Assembly: GCA_043228905.1 (NCBI GenBank)
Contig: JBHGNT010000006.1
Coordinates: 20,646,001-20,710,000, forward strand
Direction of reading: 5' to 3'
DNA length: 64,000 nt
Source: Azolla caroliniana
Lineage: Eukaryota > Plantae > Polypodiophyta
Below the pieces are notes generated by a model, which was not told the DNA's origin, did no database searches, and saw only the letters and a list, made by a program, of their open reading frames with translations. Made by a program: the position numbers and the translations under genes. Position 1 is the stretch's first letter; each line of letters starts with the position of its first letter. Below are positions 1-13,192 of this stretch, in pieces.

Positions 1-1586
1 GTGTACGATATACATGCACCTATTCAATTGCTTTAGTATCACCATTGGTGTAACACAAGGTTGTTCCCTATCATTGACACTTTTGGGGTCTACATTGCTG
101 AGATTACCGATAATATTGCTCGTAAGGGAGGTAGCAGATTGGACTTAGGGGGCACACAAGTCAATATCTTGCTTTTTAAAAATGATATAGTTTTACTCTC
201 GGAGTTTAAACACGACCTACAAAGGTACCTTAATGTTGTAGATGACTTTTGTAGAAAAAGAGGATTGGTCGTGAATCTAGGGAAAACTAACATCCTTATC
301 TTCCACACATCAGTCACCAAACGCTCTCTAATGCACAAGTTGAGGTAGTCGGATCATATGTATATCTTAGAGTCACTTTTAGAGTCGGATCATATGTGAT
401 ACAAAAGTGCTTCTATTAGCATAGGGGGTAACTTAGTGAACTCTGCTCTAATGATACATAACCAATCACAAGATAGGATATATTGTCAAGCTTCGAGGCA
501 TCTTGATCATTCTATGAGTATGAATATACTAGCTCTTGATATAGTATTGTGGTAGCTCGGTAAGTTGGCATCCTCTTAGGTATAACCACGACACAAATAC
601 CACCTTTAATATTTCATGGCGACCGTGATAAAGTGATACACCAAGAAATATGCCAAATTTATACTCGGCATAAATGGATCAACCCACAAGAGCCACTCCC
701 ATCTAAAATGTTGTACTATAAGGAACATTTCATGCATTTCTCTAAGTTAGGTTTTATTCTATTACCAAAATATCTTGATATAAGCTTACCATATGCACTA
801 AGGGTTGCTATGTGGACAACTTAGAGTATCATCCCACCATCTTCAGATTGAAAATGGTTATGATAGTTGAGTTCCTAAAGAGGAAAATGTATGTAGATTA
901 TGTCACATAGGGATATAGGATGGGTACCATTTTGCATGCAAATGTCAAGCTTACATCGAGATAAAGGAAAAATATCAAGACATACTTGAACCCTCCGCCA
1001 CCCTCTCCCAATTACTAGATACCTCGGACATAAAGACACTTAGTAGGTATCTTAGAGCTAAAATGGCATAACGAGAGTAATCTACAAATGTGACCATAAC
1101 CTTTGTACATATTCACTAACACATAATCACTGAATTTTTTTAGGGACATGGGGAGCGATGAACATGGACAAACTTGCACAACTCGGCCTCTCCCTCGTTG
1201 AAGTAGAAAACCAAAGAGAAACCAAATACCCTTGGAGATTGTGCTTCAAAGTTGCTCGTTGTCAAGTGAAGACATTAAGAAGATAAAGGAACATGAGCTA
1301 CCTTGCCTCAAAGCTATTGTTGGGAACCATTTATATCGAGACCATGGGCCACATTCACATCCAAACCCTTCAACCCCCCGATCCTTTTTGAGAGACTTGG
1401 ATGGAAATGAAATAAGTCTTTAGACATAGTCATTCCTTTATAGAACATGTTAGACCCCGTAACACTTGTCTCATGCTAAAACTTTCTTTTTTTCGATGAT
1501 TGGGTACACATCCCATTATTGTAATCAATTGTCTCATGACCAAATTTGGTCTTAGAAGACGTGAATATATCTTTCTTTCTTTCTCT
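1..1586 (+). mobile_element. Degenerate non-LTR retrotransposon (LINE) 3' portion: end of RT, C-terminal Cys motif, 3' hairpin and (TTTC)n tail
   Basis: ORF 61..348 has degraded RT motifs (ILLFKNDIVL ~ LLYADDIVL; GLVVNLGKTNIL). ~800-930 reads LRVSSHHLQIENG...VPKEENVCRLCH, a typical LINE ORF2 C-terminus. Ends in GACCAAATTTGGTC hairpin (1538-1551) and ATATATCTTTCTTTCTTTCT. Many stops and frameshifts. Clade not determinable by eye. Confidence 0.7.
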
Positions 1587-1699
1587 CAAACTCCCACAAA
1601 AAATAGAGAGAGGGGTTCTATCTATCTATCTATGTGTGTGTGTGTTTTATCTTTGTTATGGTTAGCTCTTTTGCTCTTGTGACCACCACCACCACCACA

Positions 1700-2730
1700 A
1701 GATATGGGCTAATACATGAAGATCGTGGTTATCAACTTCTCACTGGATGGATGGATTCATATAGAGTCCTCTGTCTACATGCACTCATAATGCTCTCGAA
1801 GAAGTAGGTCTACTTGGAATTTCCTCCCACAAGCCCGAGATCGATGCAACACGAGGATTCTGGAAATTACGTGTGATGGAAGGGTTGAAAGCAAGGGATA
1901 TTTGTGTGCGTACATGCCCAACTTACAAGCACAATCAATCTAGAAGTTTGTAATATCCTAAAGCATTTTCGTACAAAGTTTCTTAAAGTTGTGAAATGAA
2001 CGTTGTATACTCTCCTACTTCTTGAGACTATACCAATTCCCATTTACATCATATGGTCATTGAAAAGGTTATCAAATATATTCTCAAGGTTAAAAAAAGT
2101 TCTTCATATCGACTTTCTAAAATAATATAGGGAGCAAGCAAAAGATCCAAAAATCATAAAAGCAAAATTGTGTTATGATTGAATGCAAGATATAAAAAAA
2201 TGGTTTGGAAGATGGGATGCAATACACTTGCTTCATGATGCACAAGTAGATTCCTTTGTGATTGAGGCCTTTTTGCAACACCAATTTATCATGACACAGG
2301 AAAAATGTGGACGCTCATGCTTTGTACATTATACTACATATATTAGACCTAACTGCAAAATCATGTTCTTCGCCGAACGAGAGAACCAAACACATCAATA
2401 CATATTAGAGCCTATCTCATTGTCTACCATCTAAATTATTGCTTCCATGCGACTTAACTTACACTAATTACGATGGAGACAATGTGTTAGGGCATAATCA
2501 ATGAGATTAATCGCCTATGCACACTTCTACAAAACAAGTTTGAGAGTTTATGTATCACACTTTGATATAATGCTTTGGCTTTGGTCACATCCAACTATGC
2601 TTTTCACATATCTTCAACCAAACCAATCCTTGCAACTATTATCTCACATTTTATTGCCAAACTCACAAGGATTGTTGACCACCTCTCACTCTCACTACCT
2701 CATGCATATCCACTTTGGTAAGTTAAAACT
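1700..2730 (+). mobile_element. Highly degraded LINE ORF2 C-terminal remnant
   Basis: Fragmentary ORF 2183..2434 followed by IIASMRLN, similar to the LRVSSH motif region of the upstream LINE. Weak. Confidence 0.35.
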
Positions 2731-3099
2731 ATGATGCCTTTCATAAATGTCGTCGAATGAGGATCTCACAATTCAAAATTCAATTTTCTTAGTAGTGAGG
2801 AGATAAATAGAAGTCTTACAATGTTGATATGCAAGAACAAACCCATAGATGTATACAAACCAAACCCTTGACTGTTACTCAAGAAACTCAAAATTCTTGA
2901 ACAAATTATAAATTAATCATCATTTCCTACAAACAAAATTTCCAAAACCAAAGAATTTTCTGTATTCTACATATCTGTGCATAATTTGCTTAAATATATC
3001 TCTTTCCAACATTTGACTAAGCAACCCTCATGTTTGCTATCATTTTATTGTACAAGTCATCAAACTCTTGAATATTAGTACATTTTAAAAGCTTTGTAT

Positions 3100-3714
3100 A
3101 GCCAACATTGGCATGTTGGTTTTGTTAAATAACAAAAGCTTTAAATTTAGGAAAAGTTGGCTAAAGTGGGCAAGGATTCAGGAAAAGCAAGGTGAACAAA
3201 ATATTGTTTGTTTTGGTAGATTCATCTATTTTATCTTAATAAAGATGCATCTACATGGGGGGCTGTTTTTCGGGGGTCTTTGGATGTGCAAGTATCCATG
3301 TACGAGGTAGAGCAATGTGCAAAAACATTGCGTGTGTCGGAGAATAGAATTGAAGCAGTTCTCCCAAACATTCCGGGTGATAAATATTTTAAAAAGTCCT
3401 TTGTTTGGAATATTGCTTCGATTAATGCTTCATGGGTGTGGTGGAAGTGTCGGTGCAACAAGAAATATAAAGGTATCGAGTATAATGTGGTGGATATGAT
3501 AAAGATGTTCTGGGATAACTTGGTACACACAATTAAGGGAGAGTATGATAATATTAAAGGATTGACGGAAAAGGTGCATAAGAAAAGAAGGGAAATTCGT
3601 CAAATATGGTGGCCAATACCTCTATGGTTGAATGGGACACATGAAGACCGTTCGAATTATGTGCCACCACGATGGTTGTTTCCTCCACCTAGTCCTTTCT
3701 TATTTCAATCTTAA
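3100..3714 (+). mobile_element. L1-like ORF2 C-terminal (zf-RVT-like) remnant
   Basis: Trp/Cys-rich fragments (CKYPCTR; SFVWNIASINASWVWWKCRCNKKY) resemble the end of plant L1 ORF2. Frameshifted. Confidence 0.45.
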
Positions 3715-3774
3715 CTTGGGAGTAATATACTTCCTTCACATAAGAACATACTTTTTGACATGTTTCAATGTGTA

Positions 3775-4565
3775 GTTGATGGACTACAAGGTACTGTTGC
3801 TGGGGAGTTATCATGGATAGATGTTGATGGTTGATGAAGCATTTATTAGTACTAGAGACAGAATAGTGAGGGGGTTTATGGATCGGCTTTGCTTGGGGAA
3901 GTCATCCGTATACTTAGAAAACATAATAATTCTATTCTTTGTTGGAGAAGGATGTTGCTATGGGAGGACAAAGCATTGCTATTGAGTGATAGGAAGGTTA
4001 TTTATATGTTTCTATTATAACGTAATTTGTAGTGTTTGATACTTTTTGGCAGGTTTTATTATGTACCTAATGGACTATGATGTAGTGCCACTGGGTAGTT
4101 ACCATGGACAGATGTTGATGGTGGATGAAGCATTTACTCTTACTATTAGACTAGACATTGAGGGGGTTTAAGGATCGGCTTTGCTTGGGGAAGTCATCCA
4201 TATACCTGAAAAGCATAATAATGCGTTTTGTTGGAGAAGGATGAGGTTATGGGAGGAGGAAGCATTTCTATTGAGTGACATGGGGTTATATATATATATA
4301 TTTCATAACTTACTTGGTATTGGTTGACAGATTTTCTTGTGTGGTTGATGGACTATGGTGCACTACCATTGGGCAATTACCATAGATAGATGTTGATGGT
4401 GGATGAAGCATTTACTAGTACTATTTAGACTAGATATTGAGGGGGGTTTAAGGATTGACTATGCTTGGGGAAGTCATCCGCGGACTTGAACAACATAATA
4501 ATAATTTTGTGTTGGAGAAGGATGATGATATGGGAGGAGGAAGCATTTTTATGGAGTGACAGGGA
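3775..4565. repeat. Three diverged tandem copies of a ~280-295 bp unit
   Basis: GATGTTGATGGT(T/G)GATGAAGCATTTA, GCTTGGGGAAGTCATCC and GTTGGAGAAGGATG recur at ~3820, ~4110 and ~4390. Confidence 0.9.
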
Positions 4566-5006
4566 CGTTGGATACATTAGTTGTACGCAACTAGGAAGTC
4601 GTCCTTATAGGAAAATCTTTTTAGTCTAAGTTAGTGGTAGAGATGGATGATGTTAATGGACGATGAAGTAGTTCTAGGGAGTGACAGGGAGGCTTGGTTA
4701 TGTTATCATTTACTTTTTAAATTTGGGGAGTGGTTTTCTCATTTTTCTGGTGAGGATGAGTGGAGTCAAATTGTCAAAAGGTGTTGTATTAGGATGTATA
4801 CATTTGATACCAGGTCTTATGTGTTGCTGACTATGGGCATGCTGAAGAAGGATTGAAATGGTTCAAAGCTAGGAGTTGCGAGGGCTTGTCTCAAGACGCA
4901 ACTACTTTGGTTTCTATCTAAGGAATAACGGTTGCAATGTGTTGATTACAAATTATGCTAAACATGAACATGAGCATGCTGAAGAAGCATTGAAATGGTT
5001 CATATC

Positions 5007-5383
5007 TGTTATACATGTACCCCTGATACATGCTAAGTGTGAAAAGGCCAAAAATTGGTCTTCCACTTAGTAGTGTGGGGGGAGAGAGAGAGTTTAGTGA
5101 GTGTGAGTGAGTGAGTGAGAGTCTTCTTCCTCTCTGCCGTTTTTCCTCCCTTTCTCTCTATTGCAGAGATTCACTACCTCTTCCTCTCTGTTGTAACCTC
5201 CAACCTCCTGCTGTATTGAGAGTTGTCTATTGTATCCTATTGTTGCTCACCCCCTGTTCCTGTCGTGCACACTACAACTAAGAAGGAGCACAACTCCTTC
5301 TTCATCCTTGTTGTCCTTGCATCACGATTCGGAGCAGAACAAAACAATTCCCTCTTGGTTTTTTGCTCTACCGATTTGCAACA
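5007..5383 (+). repeat. 5' LTR (TG...CA)
   Basis: Starts TGTTATACATG, ends TTTGCAACA. Direct repeat of 11178-11554. Confidence 0.95.
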
Positions 5384-5384
5384 G

Positions 5385-5396
5385 TGGTATTAGAGC
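5385..5396 (+). other. Primer-binding site (tRNA-iMet type)
   Basis: TGGTATTAGAGC 1 nt after the 5' LTR, one mismatch to the canonical TGGTATCAGAGC. Confidence 0.9.
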
Positions 5397-6121
5397 TTGG
5401 GAGACAACAATAGGAAGCTTTGGAGTCGGAAGCAACAAGCGTCTGAGACTCGTAGCAGCGGTGTAGGAGATTTGTGTGGCGAGCGTTGGAGTATCGGGCT
5501 CGGCTGAAGCATCTACCTATTGTTGGGCATCTCCAGCATCTTCGACATTGAAGAAAGGAGCCTTCCATTCACAGGTATTTCCCTTGGTTAAATTCTTCGT
5601 TTATCCATCATATGCGAAACATGTTTTGGTGGAAATAAGTTGTGGTGGGAGAGACCCCTGCCACATTTGGAAGAGAGATTTGGGGTTAGTGTGAATGTAT
5701 AGCAGAGCAGATGTCTACAATTTGTGATTTGGGAGATGTATGCTAGTCAATATCGTTGCCACATTTGGAAGAGAGATTTGGGGTCAGTGTGAATGTATAA
5801 CAAAGCATATGCCTACAATTTGTGATTTGGGAAATGTATGTTAGTTGACATTTTGGAAATTATATGTTTTTTAGTGGTGCGTGTTATACAGAAGAGTGGT
5901 ATCAGCCTTTTTTGACAGTTTGCCGTTGATATTTTGGAAGTTGTATGCTTTCAATGGTGCGTGTTGCACGCAATATTGGTATCAATTTTTAACAGTTTGC
6001 CATAACCAAGTCAGTTACTAGTTTTTTGTTGCCCAATTGTATTTTTTTGTTGCCTAATACTATTGTTCACTCCCATGGAGTCTAAAATGTTGGATGCATC
6101 TAGTAGCACTTCTGTTGGTCG

Positions 6122-6975
6122 CAAGGTTGTTAGGTACGTTAGGTATGGTATGGATACCATACGTATATAACGTATTAATACACGTATAATACCTCCCAAT
6201 TTAAAAATACGTTAAATACGTTTTCTTAATATGTTAAATACTTATAAAATACGTATTTTATGTATAGTACGTTAAATACTTCTAGAATTTGAAAATTATT
6301 TACCTTTCTAAAAAATATCTATAATATTGTAAAAAACATCTATGTTTACACAATTTTGTGATGTACAATATAGTTCTACATCCTAAAATGCATATAGCAT
6401 TTGAACATTTCACATCCTAAAATACTTGTAGTAATATGGATGTCGACATTCCCTTATTCTATAAATCAGTGTAAGTGTGTATCACGATGTTCTACTTCAA
6501 ATTGTAATTATTTACAATTATGCCTTCATAGATTGAGGAATCGTCTACGATTATCACACTCATGATAGGTTTCTCTTTTCTTCGTTTTCTTCTTCTTCGT
6601 CTATCTTCTGTGATTATCACACTTAGAGTTAGGACAGGTTTATGTCTTCTTTTCTCTCTTCTTCTTCTTCTTCTTCTTCTTCTTCTTCTTCTTCTTCTTC
6701 ATCTTCTTCATTGTCATCTCTTCTATTCTTCTTTCTTCCTTCCTTTGGCTTCTTTTTCACTAAAATCTTTTTTTTCTTTTGGTTTTTGTTGGGGTTTTAC
6801 TTACATTTTCTTTGTAAATACATATTATACCTGTTTTTTTATAAATACGTTAAATACCGTATTGGACAAATGTACATGATATTTGACTGAACAATATTGA
6901 GGTATAGTACGTACTATACAAATGATGAGGTACTATACGTATTTAAACATTAAATATGGGTACTTAAACAACCAT
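6122..6975. mobile_element. Nested AT-rich non-autonomous insertion (MITE/DNA-transposon-like) interrupting gag
   Basis: Left end CAAGGTTGTTAGGTAC vs reverse complement of right end ATGGTTGTTTAAGTAC (imperfect TIR). Subterminal TACGT-rich repeats and an internal (TCT)n tract. gag reading (ATG 6075 MESKMLDASSSTSVGR) resumes as NSSSKNYSFLGKDHIE after it. Confidence 0.65.
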
Positions 6976-9900
6976 TTGCAATAGTTCAAGTAAGAACTAT
7001 TCATTTTTGGGAAAAGATCATATTGAGATCCAAATATTTGATGGATCTAATTTTGCTTTATGGAAGAATCAGATGCGTGATGTATTGGTTCAAAGAAAGC
7101 AAACGAGGCCTCTAGGCGGCAAAGCGAAGAAGTCGGATGACATGGATGATGATGATTGGGAGGAACTTGATGCCTTGACCATGTCCACTATAAGACAATC
7201 AGATGCGTGATGTATTGGTTCAAAGAAAGCAAACGAGGCCTCTAGGCGGCAAAGCGAAGAAGTCGGATGACATGGATGATGATGATTGGGAAGAACTTGA
7301 TGCCTTGACCATGTCCACTATAAGACTACACTTGGCGGATAGTGTCTACTTTACTGTTTTAGGCAATAAAAACTCTAAAGAACTTTGGAAAAAGTTATGC
7401 AATACCTATGAGAAGGAAAGTGCAGCTAATAAGGTGTATTTGATGAGAAAGCTATATGACCTTCATATGAAGGATACAGATAATGTTGCGTCTCATTTAA
7501 ATCAGTTTGATGCATTATGGTCGTAGTTGCAACCTCAGAAAATGACCATGGATGATGAGCTGAAAGCTGTATTTTTGCTATGCACATTGCCTAGCTCACG
7601 AGACACATTTTGCACCGCTATTAGCACTAGGTCTATAATGACATAAGTGGAGCACTATTGGGTGAAGAAATACGTAGGAAATCTATGGTTTCCTCACAAG
7701 TTGGAGAGGCATATAATGTTTGAGATTCTGGTTATGGCAAGAACCAGCAACGTGGTAGAAGCCATATCAAAAATAGTCATGGAAGCCATGATAAGAGTAG
7801 AAGTAAGTCTAGGAAGAGACTTGTGGAATGCCATTATTGCCACAAGAAGGGTCATATCAAGAAAGACTGTTACGCCTTGAAGGGTAAAACTCATTTGATG
7901 GGCATGTTAAATAGTTGACTGGTTCATCATCTTCAGTAAAGATAGAGGAAATAAATGTCGCATGCGATGATCGTGTTGACATCTTGGTCATGGATGATGA
8001 TGCTACCTATGTTGAGGCTAATATTGCTCATGCGCTTGCTCATACATGGTTGTTGGACTCTAGTGATTCATTTCATGTGACTCCACATAGAGAGTGGTTC
8101 ACACGATACGAAGCTAAACCACTTGGTACAATACGATTTGGAGATTCACATCAGTGTGATGTGATTGGCATCGGAGATGTCATGGTACAATCTTCTTATG
8201 GCTCTCAGTTTACCGTACAAAATGTACACCATGTGCCTGAGCTAACTCGTAGCTTAATGTTTGTTGGACAACTTGATAACATTGATTTTAAAGTGATATT
8301 TTCTTCCCAGTCCTTTCGTATTACGAAAGGAAATATGGTTATTGCCCAAGGGAACAAAGTTGGTTCACTTTATCCTTTAGTTGTCCATCAAAAAGAGCAT
8401 CTTTTGACAGTCACAGAACAACCTATGACTTGTATTTGGCATAGTCGTTTAGGTCACATGTCTCATACTGGAAGAAACTTTATCACGTTTTGGCTATTTA
8501 CCTTTGTTATCATTTTCAAATTTTTCAGTTTGTGAGCATTGTCAATATGGTAAACAAACTAGAAGTGTGCAACAGAATATTAATTCTTATTCATCTACTC
8601 AACCCTTGGATCTAGTTCATACAGATGTATGTGGCCCTATGCCTATTAGATCATTGGGTGAAGCTTTGAATTTTGTTACATTTATCGATGATGCAACAAG
8701 AAAGGTGTGTGTGTATCCCATAAAGGGAAAGGGTGATGTTCTGATAATGGAGGTGAGTATACCTCTCATGAGTTTAGAGATTTTTGTGAGTCTAGAGGCA
8801 TACGTAGAGAGTTTACTACCCCTTACACTCTAGTACAAAATGGTGTGGCAGAAAGGATGAATCCAACCATCCAGGACAGAGTTGTTTCTATGTTGCATCA
8901 TGCAAATCTACCGCAAGGTTTTTGGGCTAAAGGAGTTCGGACAGCAGTCCATGTGATAAATCTATCACCTAGTACTACCAAAGGCTTGAAAGTGGCACAA
9001 GAGCCGTGGATAGGAAAAACCCCAAACTATGATCATCTTAGGGTATTTGGATGTGAAGCGTATGTTCACATTCCAAAACAATTAAGGCAAAAACTAGCTT
9101 TTAAGAGCAGAAAATGTATTTTCCTTGGCTATGGCGTAGATGTTCAATTTGGATATTGTTTGTGAGATCCCGAAACGCGCACTATAGTCAGAAGTAGTGA
9201 TGTTGTTTTCAATAAAAAGATTATGCATAAGCAGCCAATTAAGGAAGCGGAAGTGACGAAAGCGGTGTTTCAAGATGTTACACCCTCTATTAGTGTGCAA
9301 AAGAATAATTCTACACCTACGCCGAACAGTCCTACAAATGTTCACCCATATGAGGATGTTCAAAATGAGGACGCATGTGTACAACCTGAAAACAGTCTGA
9401 CTCTGGTTCAGCAACCAGTGAGACAATCTACTCGTGTCTCTAGGCCACCTGTTAAACTCATGGACTATGTGATGTTAATGGATGCAGGTGAACCCTCTTG
9501 CTATAAAGAAGCTATGTTGGCTAGTGATCATGCTAAGTGGGAGCATGCCATGAAAAGTGAATTGGACAATATTTATAATAATAATACTTGGGATTTGGTA
9601 CCTTTGCCAAAGGATAGGAAAGCATTGTCATGCAAGTGGGTATACAAGTACAAGTATACGTCTGATAGTGTTTCCCCAAAGTATAAAGCACGCTTGGTAG
9701 CCAAAGGTTTCAAGCAAGAACATGGAGTTGATTTTGATGAAACCTTCTCTCCTGTAGTTAAGATGACTACATTACATATGTTGCTTTCATTGGTTGCAAA
9801 TCAGGATTTGGAATTAGTCCAAATGGATGTGAAAACTGCCTTTTTACATGGGGACCTTGATGAGGATATTTATATGGAACAACCAAAAGGTCATGAAGTC

Positions 9901-11167
9901 TCGGGAAAAGAAAATTTGGTATGTAAACTCAAGAAGAGTATGTACGGGCTTAAACAGTCCCCTAAATTGTGGTACCAGAAATTTGATGCTTTTATGAAGT
10001 CTCAAGGATATAGTAGAAGCAATGAGGATCCTTGCCTTTATACAAAAAAAATGTTCGGATGAGAGTTCCATTATTTTGATACTCTATGTTGATGATATGC
10101 TTATCGTTGGTAAAAACAAGGATGAGTTATCCTTGTTGAGGAAAAACTTGAGCCAAATTTTTGACATGAAGGATTTGGGAGACGCAAAACATATTCTTGG
10201 TATGCGTATTACTCATGATAGGAGTAAACGATGCATTTACTTGTCTCGGGTTGAGTACATATCGAAAGTGCTCAAGAGGATTAATATGGAGAATACAAAG
10301 CCGTTGAGCACTCCATTGCCGACATATGTAAAGCTGAGCACATGTGATAGCCCCACATTTGATGAGGACAAGGAATTCATGTCCAAGGTTCCTTATCAAT
10401 TCGCAGTTGGGAGTCTTATGTACGCCGTAGTGGCTACTAGACTAGACATTGCATTTGCAGTGGGAGCAGTAAGTCTATTCATGTCAAATCCTGGTAAGAA
10501 ACATTGGGATGCAATAAGGTTGATATTGAGATATCTAAGTGGCACTAAGGATAAGTGCCTTTGTTTAGGTAAAGGGGATGCCTCTATCATTGGATACACA
10601 GATTTAGATTATGCCAGATGCACTGACAGTAGGAAATCTACTTCAGGGTACATCTTTCATATTATGGGAGGTGCCATTGCTTGGAGATCCCGTCTTTAAG
10701 ATTGTGTCACATTGTCAACTACAGAGGCTGAGTATGTTGCAACTAGTGAGGCATGTATGTAAGGAAGCAATTTGGTTGTCTCGATTAGGTAGTGACATGG
10801 GTATACCGCAACATGTACCCAAATTGTTTTGTGATAGTCAAAGTGCCATTGCTTTGGCTAAGAACCCGGTATATCATGCGAAGACCAAATATATTGGAGT
10901 GCGATACCATTTCATTCGGGAATGCGTAGCTAATGGTTGTATTAGCCTTGAGAAGGTTGTTTCTCGTGAAAATGCCGCAGATGCATTGACCAAGGCCTTA
11001 CCACAAGATGCGTTGGAGCATTGTTGTTACTTGATGGGAATTACTTAGTGCCTTAAGTTATACACCTGACGTGTACATTGTGTAACATGCCCATCAGGTG
11101 GGAGGTCTAGGTCTAGGTCTTGTACAGGTCAACCTTCCATTATTTGTACTCCTCGTTTAGGCCTTTT

Positions 11168-11177
11168 AGTGGGAGAT
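11168..11177 (+). other. Polypurine tract
   Basis: AGTGGGAGAT immediately before the 3' LTR. Confidence 0.85.
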
Positions 11178-11554
11178 TGTTATGCATGTACCCCTGATAC
11201 ATGCTAAGTGTGAAAAGGCCAAAAATTGGTCTTCCACTTAGTAGCGCAATGGGAGAGACAGAGTTTAGTGAGTGTGAGCGAGTGAGTGAGAGTCTTCTTC
11301 CTCTTTGTCGTTTTTCCTCCCTTTCTCTCTATTGCAAATATTCACTACCTCTTCCTCTCTGATGTTAGCTCCAACCTCTTGTTGTATTGAGAGTTGTCTA
11401 TTGTATCCTACTGTTGCTCGCCCCCTGTTCCTGTCATGCACACTACAACTAAGAAGGAGCACCGCTCCTTCTTCATCCTTGTTGTCCTCGCATCACAATT
11501 CGAAGCAGAACATAACAATTCCCTCTTGGTTTTCTGCTCTACTGATTTGCAATG
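11178..11554 (+). repeat. 3' LTR (terminal CA mutated to TG)
   Basis: 377 bp, about 30 substitutions versus the 5' LTR by manual count, followed by TSD ATATC. Confidence 0.95.
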
Positions 11555-13192
11555 ATATCTATGTATCATGGAATTCATTGATTGGGGGATACGCTGAATA
11601 TGGACCTTTTAGTGATGTTTTCAAATGTATTCAACAAATGAAGTTAGAGGAGACTATTCCAAAGGTTGTAACATATTTGTGATGCTTGAAAGCATGTGGA
11701 AGTGTAGGAGACGTTGAGAAAGTACGAAAACTATAGGCAGAGATTGTATGGGATGGTCTCAAAAGTGATATTTGTATTGAGAATAGTGTGATAGGGATGT
11801 ATGCTAGGTGTTGATCTTTGTTAGATGCACAAGATGTATTTGATACTCGTGCAAACAGAGATGTTCTCTAGTGGAATGCATCTATTATAGGATATCGTGA
11901 ACATGGCCCAACAGAGATTTTCTGTGGTTTCCTTGGTGAGGCACAAGAAATATTTTCAAAGCTTCGATTTAGAGATAAAGGGATGTGGAATATAGTGATT
12001 TTGGCCTTGGGAGTTTTTTATTTATTTTAGGGGATGGTTTTGAAGCACTAAAATGTTTTCAACGTATGCAAAGTGAAGGACTTTCTCCTGATGTGATATT
12101 ATTTCATTTGCATTTTAAAGGCTCTCATATTCTCCAAAGAGGTTTTCTAGCAAAGATTACCCATCTTGGAAGTAGTTTCGTATAGATGTATGCAAAATGT
12201 GGTGACCTAGTGAAAGTTGAACAAGTATTTACTAAACTACCCACGAAGACTATTGCTGGTTGGAATGCTCACATTAGGGATCAACGACGGCTTGGCTCAA
12301 GCCTTAACCGTTTGGCTAAAGCCTCACATCACAAGATGTATTCAATGTGGCCAAGGTTATGGTTTTGAAGCACTAAAATGTTTTCAACGTATGCAAAGTG
12401 AAGGACTTTCTCCTGATGTGATATTATTTCATTTGCATTTTAAAGGCTCTCATATTCTCCAAAGAGGTTTTCGAGCAAAGATTACCCATCTTGGAAGTAG
12501 TTTCGTATAGATGTATGCAAAATGTGGTGACCCAGTGAAAGTTGAACAAGTATTTACTAAACTACCCACGAAGACTATTGCTGGTGGAGATATGGTACAA
12601 TGGCCTACCATGTTTTTGGGCTATATTGAGCATGATAAGAATGAGGATGCTATACAACTCTATCCTCGAATGCTTGTGCAAGGCCTCTTTCCTGCTATGA
12701 TGACATTTTCTGGTATGTTGAAAGCATGTGTCGACATGGGAGAATTGGTACACATACTGAAACGAAATTAGATGTTGAGATGGATCTTAGTTAAATGAAG
12801 GATTCATGGCTAGCCATTGGGATAGTCGTTTCTATTCCATCTATTTTGTAGTTTGTTAGAACTAATGGACGGATATTTTGTTTTGGGAAAAAAAGAAAGA
12901 TGCAACTCCTTGTCTAGTCCCTTGAGGATATAAAAAATAAATCAAAAGAAATAAAGAGAGAAATTAACACGTGCAAAATTTTCCCATTACAAATCCCTTC
13001 TAGGGAGTCAAATCTTACAGTTATTGCATTAGAAGAAGAACCAGCTAAAGTTGTCTGAGACTACATACAAGGCCATATGCAAGCAGTTTTCCTCTTTAAC
13101 TCCATAAAGGTGATGAAGCGCAGAGTCAAGAGAGAAATTATCATATATGAAAATTTTCCCATTAGGAATAAACTCTGTATATTTATTTACCT

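Larger units (their letters stand above)
5007..11554 (+). mobile_element. Ty1/Copia LTR retrotransposon, structurally complete but coding-dead
   Basis: Two 377-bp LTRs, TSD ATATC at 5002-5006 and 11555-11559. Order gag (FDGSNFALWK, CHYCHKKGHIKKDC) - protease (WLLDS) - GAG-pre-integrase/integrase (WHSRLGH, CEHCQYGKQ, LVHTDVCGPM) - RT (YKARLVAKGF, QMDVKTAFLHG, LYVDDML) - RNase H (FCDSQSAIAL, ADALTK). Multiple frameshifts and stops. Confidence 0.97.
4620..12771 (+). pseudogene. PLS-class PPR pseudogene split by the Copia insertion (pieces ~4620-5006 and 11560-12771)
   Basis: Left piece has LITNYAKHEH..AEEALKWF. Right piece has DIYVSWNSLIGGYAEYG, MYAKCGDLVKVEQVF and EALKCFQRMQSEGLSPDVILF. Stops, frameshifts and an internal duplication. 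Confidence 0.8.

Noticed and set aside
6562-6890. Poly-Leu and poly-Ser ORFs
   Set aside because: Translations of the (TCT)n tract in the nested insertion.
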